Source of the DNA: Pelagomonas calceolata
Lineage: Eukaryota
Reading direction: 5' to 3'
Assembly (NCBI GenBank): GCA_918797485.1
Contig: CAKKNE010000006.1
Coordinates: 1,798,001-1,862,000, forward strand
DNA: 64,000 bases
Made by a program: the position numbers and the translations under genes. Shown here one piece after another: positions 35,493 to 47,212 of this stretch; the stretch's first letter is position 1; each line of letters starts with the position of its first letter. Under the pieces are notes generated by a model. It was not told the origin of the DNA. It saw only the letters and a list, made by a program, of their open reading frames with translations, and searched no databases.

Positions 35493-36332
35493 AGGGAGGA
35501 AAAACCCGTACGTAAGATGGTTTAATCGATTGTTCAAGGGGGACCTCTGGCTCAAGTTGGCCCCGGCCGAGACGGTTAGAATTCGGGGTTCGGTGAACCA
35601 CCCGTCACTAAATGTTAACGTACTAGTAACCGGGCCCAACCTGAACTAATCTATCATATGATATCGTTACCGTCCGTTCTAACCGCCCGCTAATTAGAAA
35701 GTGGTGGCTACGACGGAGCCGAACGCCAGACTACTAGCGTAGCGGCAAATTTCGCCTTACTGATAGGGCAAAAGACCGGCGCCCGGTCGTCTTTAACCTC
35801 CGCCGATAGCGCATTAGTGAGTGGCGAGGCAAATAAAAAAAATGGTAGGCCAAGACACGGTACTCCGCGTCACAAAACGGCCCCATATTGCGACCTTCCT
35901 ATCAATTGAAAATTTCCTCAATTTTTGGTTCCGCCCTTTCCCTTTTATTTCGTGCGTGTTTATTACTTTTGATGATGATCAAATGTAGAAGCGTATCATT
36001 TTATTCGTGGGCATTGTCAGGATAATTCAACATCACCACTACTCTCTAGGGGGCGCTTAGGGGGCGCTTAGAGCCGGTCGGCTCTGAACTAAATGACGAA
36101 GTGGGTGATGCATCACGGTTTGTTTTAACACTGCTCAATTTTGCAGAAAGGTCGCCCAATGATCGAAAAACCGCAATAGATACGTGGCTGCCAGAAGAAT
36201 ATACCGCTCTGTGCAGGCTAGTCCTCACCAACACACACGCAAAAACTCCAGTCAGCTGTCCCAAACTTAGTCCAGTGGATTTTGTAGTAATCCATGGGCC
36301 GAACAACCATACGAGGCCTAATGTGCACGCAA

Positions 36333-37733
36333 CTAGCTAAATGCACGCAAGTTTTCTCTTAAAACGTCAACTTTTCTTGTAGGCGGGGCTTTGACCTCGG
36401 CGATAATGGTGCAATGATCAACTGAGTACCTTGCAAGCGATTTATGGTCTGAGCAACGCTGTGACGTTGCAAAATGACCACCTCCTGGACAAGTTCGACA
36501 ACAGGAAGGCCCAATGAAGTGCCCGGCATCGCGCTTGGTATCAAGATGAGGTAAAAGGAGATCAAAACATTTGTCAAAAACTGACGTGGGCATTTTATTC
36601 TCCGCTCTGAGAAAGCTTGACCACCAAATGAAGTCGCAATGCTGGCGTATCCCTGGGTCATTAGTGGCCTTTGTTTGTGCACCGGGTACCCAAGGCTTCG
36701 GACCGGGGGCATTGTAGTGAACCAAGGGCAGGTCTGAGTAGGTGAGAGATACATAGGAATTGATTTTGAGTGCAAAGTAATACCACATCAATCCTTGACC
36801 GGTGCCTGACCCAGCAAGGTCCCAGGTACGCTCTGTTTTACCCAAAACACTGCGGCACATTTTTTTATGTTGAGGCCTGTTCGGTGCATCGTAGGTACCA
36901 GAATTCCAGAGTTTTTTAAGGTCGTTGGTGATTCTGCCCCAGTTGTCAAAACCGAAACTGGCGAAGGGGTCTCTTGAGCTCCTGCACGGGCAATTGTTCC
37001 GTAGGGCAATATTATTAAGATGCCTCAGTCGTCGCTTTCCATTACTGCCCCCGGGCCGAACGATAAAAAAGCCACTATTCACCGGAGCTGTGCATGTTCG
37101 GTAGCCGACGAGCTCAGTTGACCTCGTGGATAGTGCCAGGATGTCGGAGAGTGGCCCAACAACTACAATGTCCAGGTCGACAAACATGACCTTGTCGTAG
37201 GTGCCCAGGGTATAAACGGCAAGTTTCATGTAGTTTAAGTTGCGCTTCATGAACGGGTATGTATTGCTTAACAAAAGTGGTACTAGGTCCATCGCCCTGA
37301 TTCGTAGTCCCTTGACGTCCATAAGCGCAGCGAGCTCCTTGGCATGATCATCATGTTCAGATAGCCATCCTGGCCGTGCACTCCGCCACGAGTTTAGGTC
37401 TAACGGCGTGCTAGTACCCAAAGGACCCATCATCACAACTGCATCACCATAAAAGCCCCCGGGAGTCCGAGCACTATTGATCATGGTTAGTGCTGCACAC
37501 GCCGATTGTTGAATGAATTTGCTATCGATGGCCTTATGGCCACTCACCACCAGAGCCGCTAGCGCCACACTCTCACTGCCATTTTTAATAAACTCCTGTT
37601 CCACTTGCTTTACTCTAATGGTCATATTGTGAATATTATGATCTATGTCCTCAGCTATTGACTTCCCTAATCGCGCCATCAAGCAAGCCCATACGTAGAG
37701 TACATTTAGTGGCTTCACAAGTTTTGAGCTCAT
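36333..37733 (-). CDS. GT8-like (glycogenin-fold) glycosyltransferase with N-terminal anchor, intronless
   Basis: YMKLAVYTLGTYDKVMFVDLD (DxD), VNSGFFIVRP, VHYNAPGPKPW. Confidence 0.8.
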   Translation of the reverse strand: MSSKLVKPLNVLYVWACLMARLGKSIAEDIDHNIHNMTIRVKQVEQEFIKNGSESVALAALVVSGHKAIDSKFIQQSACAALTMINSARTPGGFYGDAVVMMGPLGTSTPLDLNSWRSARPGWLSEHDDHAKELAALMDVKGLRIRAMDLVPLLLSNTYPFMKRNLNYMKLAVYTLGTYDKVMFVDLDIVVVGPLSDILALSTRSTELVGYRTCTAPVNSGFFIVRPGGSNGKRRLRHLNNIALRNNCPCRSSRDPFASFGFDNWGRITNDLKKLWNSGTYDAPNRPQHKKMCRSVLGKTERTWDLAGSGTGQGLMWYYFALKINSYVSLTYSDLPLVHYNAPGPKPWVPGAQTKATNDPGIRQHCDFIWWSSFLRAENKMPTSVFDKCFDLLLPHLDTKRDAGHFIGPSCCRTCPGGGHFATSQRCSDHKSLARYSVDHCTIIAEVKAPPTRKVDVLRENLRAFS

Positions 37734-37808
37734 GAAAATTTACATTTACAACCAATACGGGCACCTGACACCACTACTTGCAAACTTGCAAGCAATCTGC
37801 AGCCTGAT

Positions 37809-37934
37809 GTACCGTAGTACTACGGTACCACCTACCGCAGTACGGTACTTGCTGGTACGGTACCGCAGTAGGTACCAAGTATGCATCTTAAGGTACCTAC
37901 GGTACCGTAGATAGCCTGAGGTACCTACGGTACT
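37809..37934. promoter_or_regulatory. GTAC/CTACG motif cluster upstream of the glycosyltransferase
   Basis: Many gtac/ctacggtacc copies, including ggtacctacggtaccgtag, about 75-200 bp before the minus-strand ATG. Confidence 0.6.
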
Positions 37935-38471
37935 GGACAAGCTCGTAATATTAGGGCCCGACGATGATAATAATCAGATATTTTGTTGAAGTAGAGGACT
38001 TCTGTGTAGAGGAACTGTAGTACGAGTCCGATCAATGATTCATCTCCAACTTGAAGTCCGCAGCATGAAGAACTTGAACACCAAGAAGAACTAAGAGACA
38101 CACTATCAGGCCTTGCTCCAAGAGCTCAAGACCCTGATGAAGATGAAGCATACACACCTATTCAATACGAAGAACGATCTTGGGATACATTTGAACGAAA
38201 TCCATTGAGATCCATGTACGGTCACGGCCCGGGTCTAGCAGATGACAAGGTTCGGAATCTTGCGACTGCCATCACATCGGCGCCGGTTCTCAAGACGAAA
38301 ATGTAGACAATATGGGGCTGCAATGGGTACTAGGGTATATTCTCCGCAGAAAACCCCCACTCCTGAAGGGCCACCCACTGGCAAGTCCACTGGCACTCAG
38401 TGACTAAGTCAGTGACTCAAACCTACTACTAGTGTCAACTAACACCTACTACTGAGGCGCGTGTAACTAAT

Positions 38472-41459
38472 TCAAAGTTCGCTGTGCGGACCTCCCACAG
38501 ACTTAGTAGGTTTTTGTTTTTGAGCTTCATAGGCCACTCGAAGCTGAGTGTAACGCCATGCTTGCGCAGAAGCCTTATTATCTGCTGCCTTTTTTAATTC
38601 CTCGAGATCACGCATGTACTGGACTGTTGTATGCGCAGAAAGCTCAGCCACAACGCACTCCTTAACCTCACGGTCTAGGCGCATCTCATAGTCACGTAGC
38701 TTAAGCTTCGATTGCACAAGCTCATTCCTCAGGGTGTGTATGTTTAAGTCATTTATATTTTCAAGGAAGCTTTGATGAAGAGGGTCAGGGGTAGCCCGTG
38801 CTGTCGCTGAGCACGTTTGTTCGAGTGACTTGGCCTTCGATGGCAGTCCCCTTGTGCCAGCATCAAATTCAATATCAGTCTCATTTCTGTACCTTGAATT
38901 CTTCTCCCTCGACTGACTCCATTCCCCCTTCCGCATTGAACGGAATGTTGCAGGCAGCCGTGTGAGGATCAGGTGTTTGGTTGACAGCGGAAGGTCATTA
39001 GGCGGGATGGCTGGAGCTGCAACATTAGTACCGAGCTGATGAAGTGGATATTTGCCCTGACGGACACGACGCAGAACTCTAGAATGGTGCTCGACAGCAT
39101 TCCATAGGACAAGGAGCTCACGATCGGCTGTCTCAAGTTGTGCATTCATGTTTGTGCGGTAAAGATTGAGCTGCGAAATAAATCGCGCTGAATCACGGTC
39201 CTTTTTGTTGAGCCAATACTCATACTGCATCTTGAGGTTGCCAATGGACGTCTCAGAGCCTGCGCAACGGCCTTCAGCGCGCTGCACAGCATCACGTGCT
39301 GCAGTTACCCTGCGAGACATGTCTACGACCGGATTCGGTGGCAACTTACTGCAAGTACCAACATCAGCTAGCTTCATGGGAGTAATATCATTAATAATAG
39401 CATCTTTCTCCTGGACCAGAGCCTGAAGTTGCTGCGCATGGATCTCTTCTTGTACCCGGAGCTGCTCTCCCATTTGGTTAGCCACAGAAATGATACTATT
39501 TTTGGAATCGCTTTCAAGTCGCTGTGCGCCAAGAGTCACCGACGTAATTTGGCGCTTCCCAAGGTCAATCTCTTTTCGAAGTATCTCTAATTCACACCGT
39601 GTCGACTCTAGTTTTCGTTTGAGGACCAAAAACTCGTCCTCGCGCTCAACAAGGGGGGTAATTAGTGCCTGCGGTAGGTCTTGCGGGCTAGGAAACCCCA
39701 TTGCCTTCGCAATGCGGGCAGCAATTGTGTTCAAGACGGCTGAACGTCTGTTGGGATGGTTGTTGCTAGAATTCTTTGGCTGGTCAGCTTCACTATAATA
39801 ACGAACAAATGCTCCAGGCAACGTACCTTCGAGTAGGCGACCATCACTTAGGCGGACACCTCCAGTTGACTCGTCTATTACTGCCCCTGGGATGCCAACA
39901 GCACGCATGGCGGCGAGTACTGCACCTGAGACGACTGCCTGTATCTGAGCCGGGCTATAGTCGTGAGTAGGAGATTCAACTGAGCCGGTGCCGCCACACT
40001 CCGCTATCTCCTCTAAATTCAGACCTGCTTGCGCCAGACGCTGCTTAAGCTTCCGTGTAAACTCTTTCAACCGCTCGATCTCCGCCCTCAACCGCACGAT
40101 CTGCTCGTCTTTGGCCTTGTTACTCTGAAAATCTGTTTCGCCCAAGCGGTGAACGCGGGGATTGTTGGCCACCTTTCGGCATCTATTAGCAAATTGCAGC
40201 GTTGAGAGACATTCTTCAGCATGAGATCGAGTTGGTCGAATCGTGGCTAGTACCGAAGTGTAGCTGTCCCCGCCAAGCGCATTCTGAAGCAGGCGTGTTA
40301 GCTTTGAGTCTCGGTATGGGACATGTGCACCCGCCTGCGCCGGGTCTAGCGATACTATAACTTTGCCCAGTGCTGTAAGCGACTTATTAATATGAAGTGC
40401 TTCTTCCATGCGAATGCCGGAGGAGTCCGACTTCTTGAGGCGCTCTGAGCCGGCAAGATCAACTAGATGGAGCTTACCGGCAAGAGCATCGTTAGTTTCT
40501 GCACATTTCATCGCCACTTCAATTGTAAACACGGTGTGACTTCGTGAACTTGTATCATTCATACTTGTCGATTCTGTGGCCCGGAGGCGAAGCCCACGAT
40601 CAATGACCAGGAGCACCTCAGCTGAATTCTTCACAGGGATCTTTGCGAGGCTCTTGACAAAAACATTTCCATCCTTGTCCTCACGAATCTCTTCCTTAAG
40701 CTCATACCAGTGTCCTTTTGTTTTCTCGTGGATCATGTCAGGCATCGGAGTTACTGGTTGAACTGTGTTTGTCGAAGGGACTGATGACCCACGCATGCCG
40801 AGCCCAAATGTCTCCCCACGTTGCTTTGCTGCGCCCTGGTAGATCGCCGATGTCTTCTCAGTTGATGGACCGCGACTCATCGAGAGCCGTGTCGAATTTG
40901 ACAGGGATGCCTTGCCAAGGTCGCGGAGCGTATCACAGTATACTTCGAGAAACGAGACTTTAACTTCACTTTTGGTTCCTCCCGAAGACTCGAGGCAAGT
41001 GAAGAGGTAGTCGACAGCCCTTGGAATCAGGCCATGCATCTTGTGATCGCTGCGATCCTGGCCGCCTCGAGGAAAAAACATGGTGTGTGTCTTACCCGAA
41101 CCCGTTTGACCGTAGGCAAAACAGCAGGCGTTATACCCTTTAAGGATGTGATCCACTTGTTCACGACAGACTGTCTCAAATATTGTTGTTTGTTTCTCAT
41201 CGCACCAGAACACATTGTCAAACTGAAACACGTTTCCCCCGACACCCCCCCACTGCTCATGCTCTCCGTCTTCATTTCGCGTGCGCCTCCATTGTTTCAT
41301 GGAGAGCTTCCGCACACGCCCCCCTGGCTCAGGTGCGCCAAGTTCGAACAGTTCTTCTGCAGGTTCGTCTTGTGGCTCTGCCGGCCGTGCGCGCACGAAG
41401 ACCTTGACGTTTGCATTTTCACTTACCTTGGTGTAGTCCGCCACTACCTGATGTGCCAT
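38472..41459 (-). CDS. N-terminal-motor kinesin with coiled-coil tail, intronless
   Basis: NVKVFVRARP, YGQTGSGKT, NDTSSRSH, LVDLAGSE, HVPYRDSKLTRLLQNALGG. Confidence 0.93.
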   Translation of the reverse strand: MAHQVVADYTKVSENANVKVFVRARPAEPQDEPAEELFELGAPEPGGRVRKLSMKQWRRTRNEDGEHEQWGGVGGNVFQFDNVFWCDEKQTTIFETVCREQVDHILKGYNACCFAYGQTGSGKTHTMFFPRGGQDRSDHKMHGLIPRAVDYLFTCLESSGGTKSEVKVSFLEVYCDTLRDLGKASLSNSTRLSMSRGPSTEKTSAIYQGAAKQRGETFGLGMRGSSVPSTNTVQPVTPMPDMIHEKTKGHWYELKEEIREDKDGNVFVKSLAKIPVKNSAEVLLVIDRGLRLRATESTSMNDTSSRSHTVFTIEVAMKCAETNDALAGKLHLVDLAGSERLKKSDSSGIRMEEALHINKSLTALGKVIVSLDPAQAGAHVPYRDSKLTRLLQNALGGDSYTSVLATIRPTRSHAEECLSTLQFANRCRKVANNPRVHRLGETDFQSNKAKDEQIVRLRAEIERLKEFTRKLKQRLAQAGLNLEEIAECGGTGSVESPTHDYSPAQIQAVVSGAVLAAMRAVGIPGAVIDESTGGVRLSDGRLLEGTLPGAFVRYYSEADQPKNSSNNHPNRRSAVLNTIAARIAKAMGFPSPQDLPQALITPLVEREDEFLVLKRKLESTRCELEILRKEIDLGKRQITSVTLGAQRLESDSKNSIISVANQMGEQLRVQEEIHAQQLQALVQEKDAIINDITPMKLADVGTCSKLPPNPVVDMSRRVTAARDAVQRAEGRCAGSETSIGNLKMQYEYWLNKKDRDSARFISQLNLYRTNMNAQLETADRELLVLWNAVEHHSRVLRRVRQGKYPLHQLGTNVAAPAIPPNDLPLSTKHLILTRLPATFRSMRKGEWSQSREKNSRYRNETDIEFDAGTRGLPSKAKSLEQTCSATARATPDPLHQSFLENINDLNIHTLRNELVQSKLKLRDYEMRLDREVKECVVAELSAHTTVQYMRDLEELKKAADNKASAQAWRYTQLRVAYEAQKQKPTKSVGGPHSEL

Positions 41460-41522
41460 GGTGACAAATCCAAACAGGTAATAATTAATTTTCGAGTGCA
41501 ACGCTATTCGAATGTATCAGCT

Positions 41523-41582
41523 GTACCTACTGCGGTACGGCGACGGTACCGTGGGTCGGTACCTACGGTACCTACGAGGTAG
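41523..41582. promoter_or_regulatory. GTAC/CTACG motif cluster upstream of the kinesin
   Basis: ggtaccgtgggtcggtacctacggtacctacgaggtagg. Confidence 0.55.
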
Positions 41583-42504
41583 GTGAATATACACACACCG
41601 GTGTCGGTCCTACCGGGCCGAGCTTTTGGTCGCCTCAAAAGAGGTATGAGGTCTTCTGGACGTCTGTCGGATGGTAGGGTGATACTACAGTGGCCGCGGC
41701 GGTCACCAGCGGGCCGTGACCGTGATGCGGGTGAGTGAGTTTCAAGGGCCAAGTTGTTGATTTTTTTTTACGACTCGGCGGACTCGGAAATTCCGAGTCA
41801 ACTGTCAGTGCGGCCAATGCGGGTCACTGGCACTACTAGCCTAAGCCTGAGGGGATTATAATATAGCCTTCCGAGTCGCTTGAACTTGCCAGTGAAGTCA
41901 CGGTTGGCCAATCAATTCAAGTTAGTACTAGTAAACCTACGCTGTCCAATCAGGAACGACTTGAGGCGACGGCCGGTGAACATTGCCACTGTTCGGCACT
42001 TCCAGTCTCCGCCGGGGGGCGAAAGCAGCACACTTCGCCATATGCATGGTATCTAGTTCGCACTTGAAAGCCGCAGTTTCACCCGCCCATCATGGCGCAC
42101 CCCGGGGCCTGCACCTAACTCCTCGTAGATACCTCCAGCCCAACACGCGAGTCCTTGCCTGGCCGCTTGGGCTGCTGGACTTTGAACAGCATATCACAGA
42201 GCGCGCCTGCTCTCACGCGTCGCAGAGATGGCGTCACGGTCGAGGCGCCGCTGGACTGCCATGGGCCCATCGCCCCAACGGGCTGCGTCCCGCGGGCAGC
42301 AAGCGCTGCAATAGTTTGCCATGGAAATTGCCAGGGCGGGGCGCCAAGATGGGCGAAAACACCAATTGTCTTGCCAAGGTTGTGTCTACTAATTAACAGT
42401 CTAGTAGCTAGCCTGAATCATCTGCCCTTAGGCATACCGCATGCGTCAAAAACAACAGAGAGCAAGAGTCGAGCCATTGATACGCTACCGCAGAGGGTAG
42501 GGCG

Positions 42505-45500
42505 ATGGCTTGTGGGTCGATAAAACTGCTCGCGGAGATCCCTTCCACGGAAGCTGTATGTGCTGCACTTGCTGTGCGTCTCAGCGTGGCATCCGATGGC
42601 AATGCTAAAAGTGAGCAGCTCATTTGTGAGATCTACAATGCCGGCTTCTGTCATAAATCGCGTTCGCTTGAATGTCTCGAACGCCTCGGCTACATGGAGA
42701 AGGTACTGTGGGCGAGGTTGTCTGCATGCTGTGGGGCATCAATTTCGCGTGTACTCGCGCTATCCACTGTCGCGCTTTTAAACGAGACGGCGCGATGTGG
42801 GCACTTAACGGACGTTCTAAAAAGGCTCACCTCTCGCTTCGAACCGTCGGGGGGAGGGGGGGAGTCGCCGTTTGGCTGCCTTCTAGAAGCTGTTTGTCTT
42901 GAAGTGATGGATGAGGCCTGCCCACTGAACATTTTGGACTCTATTTTGCTTTTCTGCATCAATATCTACTCTCGACTTGAACACACCTCGATTCGCCGGG
43001 CTGCACTCCGATTAGCGGGCCTGCCACTTTGGGAACGATTAAGTATCCCGCGCCGAAAGCAAGAGCTCCAACTGTTCCCTCAGCTTTGCCGGCATTGGCA
43101 ACATTTTCTTGCCAAAAGAGCAAAACGCAAAGCTACTGTGGATGCTTTGTTTTTCCCGGCACTACTTGATGCTATCACACGGCTCGTCGAAAGAAAAATG
43201 GGTAGCGATACAAATGATTTGCCAATTAGGTGCGTTGCTCGCTTTTTGGAACTCTGCATTGATTTGATGTTGCAACTACCGACGCGGAGATTCCTGCGTG
43301 TAGTCATAGAGGACTCTCGGATCCTTGAGCGGGCCACACTGTCGGCATGGGCAGCTGACCAGCGAATGGCACCTCTGCTTAATGCCTTTCGCAGCGCCAT
43401 GGGCTTCGCCATCATCGACCAGACTGGTCAATTGATGACTCAGAGCGAGGACGTGGCCAGGCATCACATCCGCCTTCATCGCTTTCAGTGCGCATGCTTT
43501 GCAGCAAATCCCAAAGATAATTTCAGTCTTGAGATTGCACACATTGCGTCAGCGCAGCTTGCATCTGAGAAAAGCCTCCGAAAACTGCTGGTACAGACAC
43601 CATTGACGACCCTCGTCGCAGCCGCATGTGACAAGCTACATTTACTTCCAAGGAATATCGCGCTTCGCAGACCTGAACTCCTCATCGAGGCTTTGATACA
43701 CGAGCTGAGTGACAACAATAATAACTTCAAAGAGGTAAACAACATATCTCTCTACCCAAACGAAGTTTCTCTGTTGGGCGAGGTTCCGCACGAAACTGAC
43801 TTCCCACTCGCTCTGCCAAAGCTTGCTCTCCAGTTCCTATCTTTCAAAGACTATTTGTCTCGTTGTTTTACGCTCTACCGTCTAGAAAGCGCGCATGAGA
43901 TACGAGATGATGTATCTCAAGCAGTCCAACGACTCCAGCCACACATTAACTCTGCCGGTTGCACATACTTTGCTGGGTGGAGCCGGTTTGCTGTCCCGTG
44001 CAAATGTGAGGTTACGCGCGTCGCCAAATCGGTCCTCGGTAAGGAGCATCCTAGTGAAGTTCTATGCAATGTCACTCTCGATCTGGCTAGTTTTGGTGAG
44101 GACTGGGAAATCCACAAACATGACATCGTCTTCTTGGTGTGTGTTGAGGGGTTGGCCGTCAAACCCTCGCCGGCTCCGCTGCCAATAAATAGGAGCGTTA
44201 AGTCCACGAAGGATTTGCAGATCTCAGAGACATACGGCATCCGAGCCGTCCGTGGTGGAGAGGTAGTAGCAATCACAGATTACACTGGTGCTGACAGAAC
44301 TGGATTTAGTACTCAGTGCACCGTTACACTTAGAATGGATTCAATTCAGTACTATAAGGATTCTCAGGCCTCAATTACAGCAATTTATGGCGCATCCAAT
44401 ATATTATTGCGACGCGACGCGCGTGCCAATAACTCTAGCCGCGTCCTGGAGACTATCCGCGAGACAATGAACACCGAGTCACACAAGAACGCAATCCCTG
44501 TGTGGCTGCATGACGTACTTCTTGGTTACGGTGACGCAAGTGCAGCACATTATTCGCAGCGACATGATCAATTAGATGCCTTCGATGCTGTCGACACTTT
44601 CCACGACCTCAATCATATCGTGTCATCCTTCCCCGAAATGGCCGTGGTTGTTGCTGATGAAAGCGTCCCAGTGACGGCGGCGGGACGATCACTGTTCCAG
44701 CTGCGCCTGGACCGCATAGCGAAGACAGTAGTTGTGACGCCCTACGCAGTTGCAGCTCGGAAAGTTAACAGCGGAGCGCTTACAATGCAAAGTGCGCGGA
44801 TATTTGATGTACTCCGGTGCAATCCTGTACGCTTTACGCGCTCGCAGGTGGAAGCTATTCGTGATGGCATGAATCCTGGTCTGACTCTCATCATTGGCCC
44901 CCCAGGAACGGGAAAGACTGACGTTGCCGTCCAGATCATTGCAAACATTTACCAAAACTTCCCAGCTAACCGGACGCTACTCATCGCGCATTCCAATTCC
45001 GCACTAAATGATCTATTTGAAAAAATTTTGGAGCGCAATGTCCCAGCTAGACATCTTGTCCGCCTCGGTGGAGGAGAGCGCGAACTTGATGTCACCGGCT
45101 CATTCTCACAACTAGGGCGCGTTGACGCGACTTTGGCGCGACGCCTCGAGCTACTAGAGGAGATTCAGCGGCTCGTAACAAGCTTAAGGGGCGGTTTTGG
45201 GCACTCTGGCAGCGAAGTGGAGGTTGCATTCTGTACCTGCGAAGCCGCTGAGTACCTAGAACAAACTTGTGTTGATGTTCGCGTCGATATGTTTGAGCAG
45301 ATAATTTACAATCTTGGTAGCAATCAAACAGTCATGGCCATAATAGACGCCTTTCCATTTGGTGATTTTTTTGCGCAAGCCACAAGATCTGGTGTAAGCG
45401 GAGATGAGAAAATGGCATCCACACTGTTCAATACCTGCCAAACATCTTGCCAGGCGCTGAATGTAGCACGTGCGTGCTTTCAACACATCCGAGAGATATT

Positions 45501-46611
45501 TTCCGAACTCCGCCAATATAGAGGCTTCGAGCTTTTACGAACGCAAAAGCAGCGTACAAACTACCTTCTGACAAATCAGGCTCGTATTATTGCAATGACG
45601 TGTACGCACGCGGCACTAATTCGCAAAGATCTTGTTGATCTCGGATTTAAATATGACGCAATTGTTGTTGAGGAGGCGGCTCAGATGCTTGAAATCGAGG
45701 CCTTCATACCGCTTGTCCTGCAGCATTGTAGTGGTAATAAGTCGCAGCTTGAACGGGTGGTTTTAATTGGTGACCACCACCAACTCCCGCCTATAGTCCG
45801 GAATCGTGCGCTTGCCCGGCACGCGTTGCTCGAACAGTCGCTCTTCTCGCGACTTCTTCGTCTCGGTGTACCAGCCATACATCTCGACAAACAGGGTCGA
45901 TCTCGACCTGAGATAGCAAACCTTTTTAACTGGCGCTACGACAGACTCGGTGATCTGGATATAGTCACGAAACATGCGTACAGCCTTGCAAATCCGGGCT
46001 TTGCATTCGCTTATCAGTTTGTTAACGTGGCTGACTTCCATGGACGTGGGGAATATTGCCCGACGCCCCATTTCTTCCAGAATTTGGGTGAAGCCGAATT
46101 TGTGGTGGCGGTCTATATGTACATGCGGCTCCTTGGCTATCCTGCCGGTCGCATTTCGGTTTTAACTACATATAACGGCCAGAAGGATCTTCTCGCCGAT
46201 ATCTTTAAACAGAGGTGTGCAAAGGATCCAAAATATGGGCTCCCACAAATTAACACTGTTGATAAGTACCAAGGCTCTCAAAATGATTACGTCCTCCTAT
46301 CGCTCGTCCGTACAAAGCATGTTGGTCACCTTCGTGATGCACGTCGCATTGTGGTAGCCATGTCCCGCGCGAGACTAGGCTTATACGTCTTTGGCCGCAT
46401 GTCCACCTTCAAATCTTGCAACAGTCTTGGCTCGACAATGACCAGCTTCCTCAGGAGACCATCGCGTCTTGCGCTTGCATGCAGTGAAAATTTTGGCAGC
46501 CAGCCTGGCCGCAACGTCCATGATCCACCGGAAAATTCGGTCTTTATCGATGGACCCATAGAGATGGGCATCCTCGTCAGTCAACTCGCCAATCGCCATT
46601 CAATTTCGTAG
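42505..46611 (+). CDS. AQR: Intron-binding SF1 RNA helicase Aquarius, intronless
   Basis: [79 protein letters not shown]. Confidence 0.96.
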   Translation: MACGSIKLLAEIPSTEAVCAALAVRLSVASDGNAKSEQLICEIYNAGFCHKSRSLECLERLGYMEKVLWARLSACCGASISRVLALSTVALLNETARCGHLTDVLKRLTSRFEPSGGGGESPFGCLLEAVCLEVMDEACPLNILDSILLFCINIYSRLEHTSIRRAALRLAGLPLWERLSIPRRKQELQLFPQLCRHWQHFLAKRAKRKATVDALFFPALLDAITRLVERKMGSDTNDLPIRCVARFLELCIDLMLQLPTRRFLRVVIEDSRILERATLSAWAADQRMAPLLNAFRSAMGFAIIDQTGQLMTQSEDVARHHIRLHRFQCACFAANPKDNFSLEIAHIASAQLASEKSLRKLLVQTPLTTLVAAACDKLHLLPRNIALRRPELLIEALIHELSDNNNNFKEVNNISLYPNEVSLLGEVPHETDFPLALPKLALQFLSFKDYLSRCFTLYRLESAHEIRDDVSQAVQRLQPHINSAGCTYFAGWSRFAVPCKCEVTRVAKSVLGKEHPSEVLCNVTLDLASFGEDWEIHKHDIVFLVCVEGLAVKPSPAPLPINRSVKSTKDLQISETYGIRAVRGGEVVAITDYTGADRTGFSTQCTVTLRMDSIQYYKDSQASITAIYGASNILLRRDARANNSSRVLETIRETMNTESHKNAIPVWLHDVLLGYGDASAAHYSQRHDQLDAFDAVDTFHDLNHIVSSFPEMAVVVADESVPVTAAGRSLFQLRLDRIAKTVVVTPYAVAARKVNSGALTMQSARIFDVLRCNPVRFTRSQVEAIRDGMNPGLTLIIGPPGTGKTDVAVQIIANIYQNFPANRTLLIAHSNSALNDLFEKILERNVPARHLVRLGGGERELDVTGSFSQLGRVDATLARRLELLEEIQRLVTSLRGGFGHSGSEVEVAFCTCEAAEYLEQTCVDVRVDMFEQIIYNLGSNQTVMAIIDAFPFGDFFAQATRSGVSGDEKMASTLFNTCQTSCQALNVARACFQHIREIFSELRQYRGFELLRTQKQRTNYLLTNQARIIAMTCTHAALIRKDLVDLGFKYDAIVVEEAAQMLEIEAFIPLVLQHCSGNKSQLERVVLIGDHHQLPPIVRNRALARHALLEQSLFSRLLRLGVPAIHLDKQGRSRPEIANLFNWRYDRLGDLDIVTKHAYSLANPGFAFAYQFVNVADFHGRGEYCPTPHFFQNLGEAEFVVAVYMYMRLLGYPAGRISVLTTYNGQKDLLADIFKQRCAKDPKYGLPQINTVDKYQGSQNDYVLLSLVRTKHVGHLRDARRIVVAMSRARLGLYVFGRMSTFKSCNSLGSTMTSFLRRPSRLALACSENFGSQPGRNVHDPPENSVFIDGPIEMGILVSQLANRHSIS

Positions 46612-46766
46612 TAGTAACTGACCGGGTTTACTTTCCCCGTGCACCTACCTATGACTAGGTTTTACCCCCCATCTAGGATTAGATAGGCACTTTCCTAGCC
46701 TGAGGGTGCAGTTTAACTTAGTAGTACGGCGTTTCTTACGTGAAAAACGTCCAACGTAAATTGCGC

Positions 46767-46797
46767 CGTGATTTACGCGTGATTTACGCGTGATTTA
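46767..46797. repeat. 11-bp tandem repeat (cgtgatttacg) x~3
   Basis: Seen directly in the sequence. Confidence 0.85.
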
Positions 46798-47212
46798 AAT
46801 TATATAATAAAACCCCGGGCCGCTCACACGCAGAGCGCCTAAAAGGGATTTGTGGTAGCCGCGCAGCTACTACTAGTAGTAGCCAAAACCAACGCGAGCA
46901 CGGCGCGGATTGTACAAATTGTTCTTATGAGCGCACAACTAGCAATTGGCTCCGAGTCATGGTCCCAGTCGGCGTCACCGTGGCCCGGTCCGTCCGAGTC
47001 ACGGTCACCGTGACGGTCGTGGTGCCACAGGCACGGTGACAGTGAGCCCGGCCGATAATCTGCTTGTAATTCACTGATCGATAGCAGGAGTGCGTGAGCC
47101 CGTCCTGAGGAGGATCGGGCTGTTGTCCCCGCCCAGTGTAACTGCCGCGGCAGGCACCCGAGGCTACGTCGCCATAGTTACATATATCTATATCCACGAG
47201 TCATAACGCAAC

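Noticed and set aside
41403..41426. Intron at AAG|GTAAGT near the kinesin start
   Set aside because: It would be only 24 nt and would remove the conserved N(V)KV motor-domain start.
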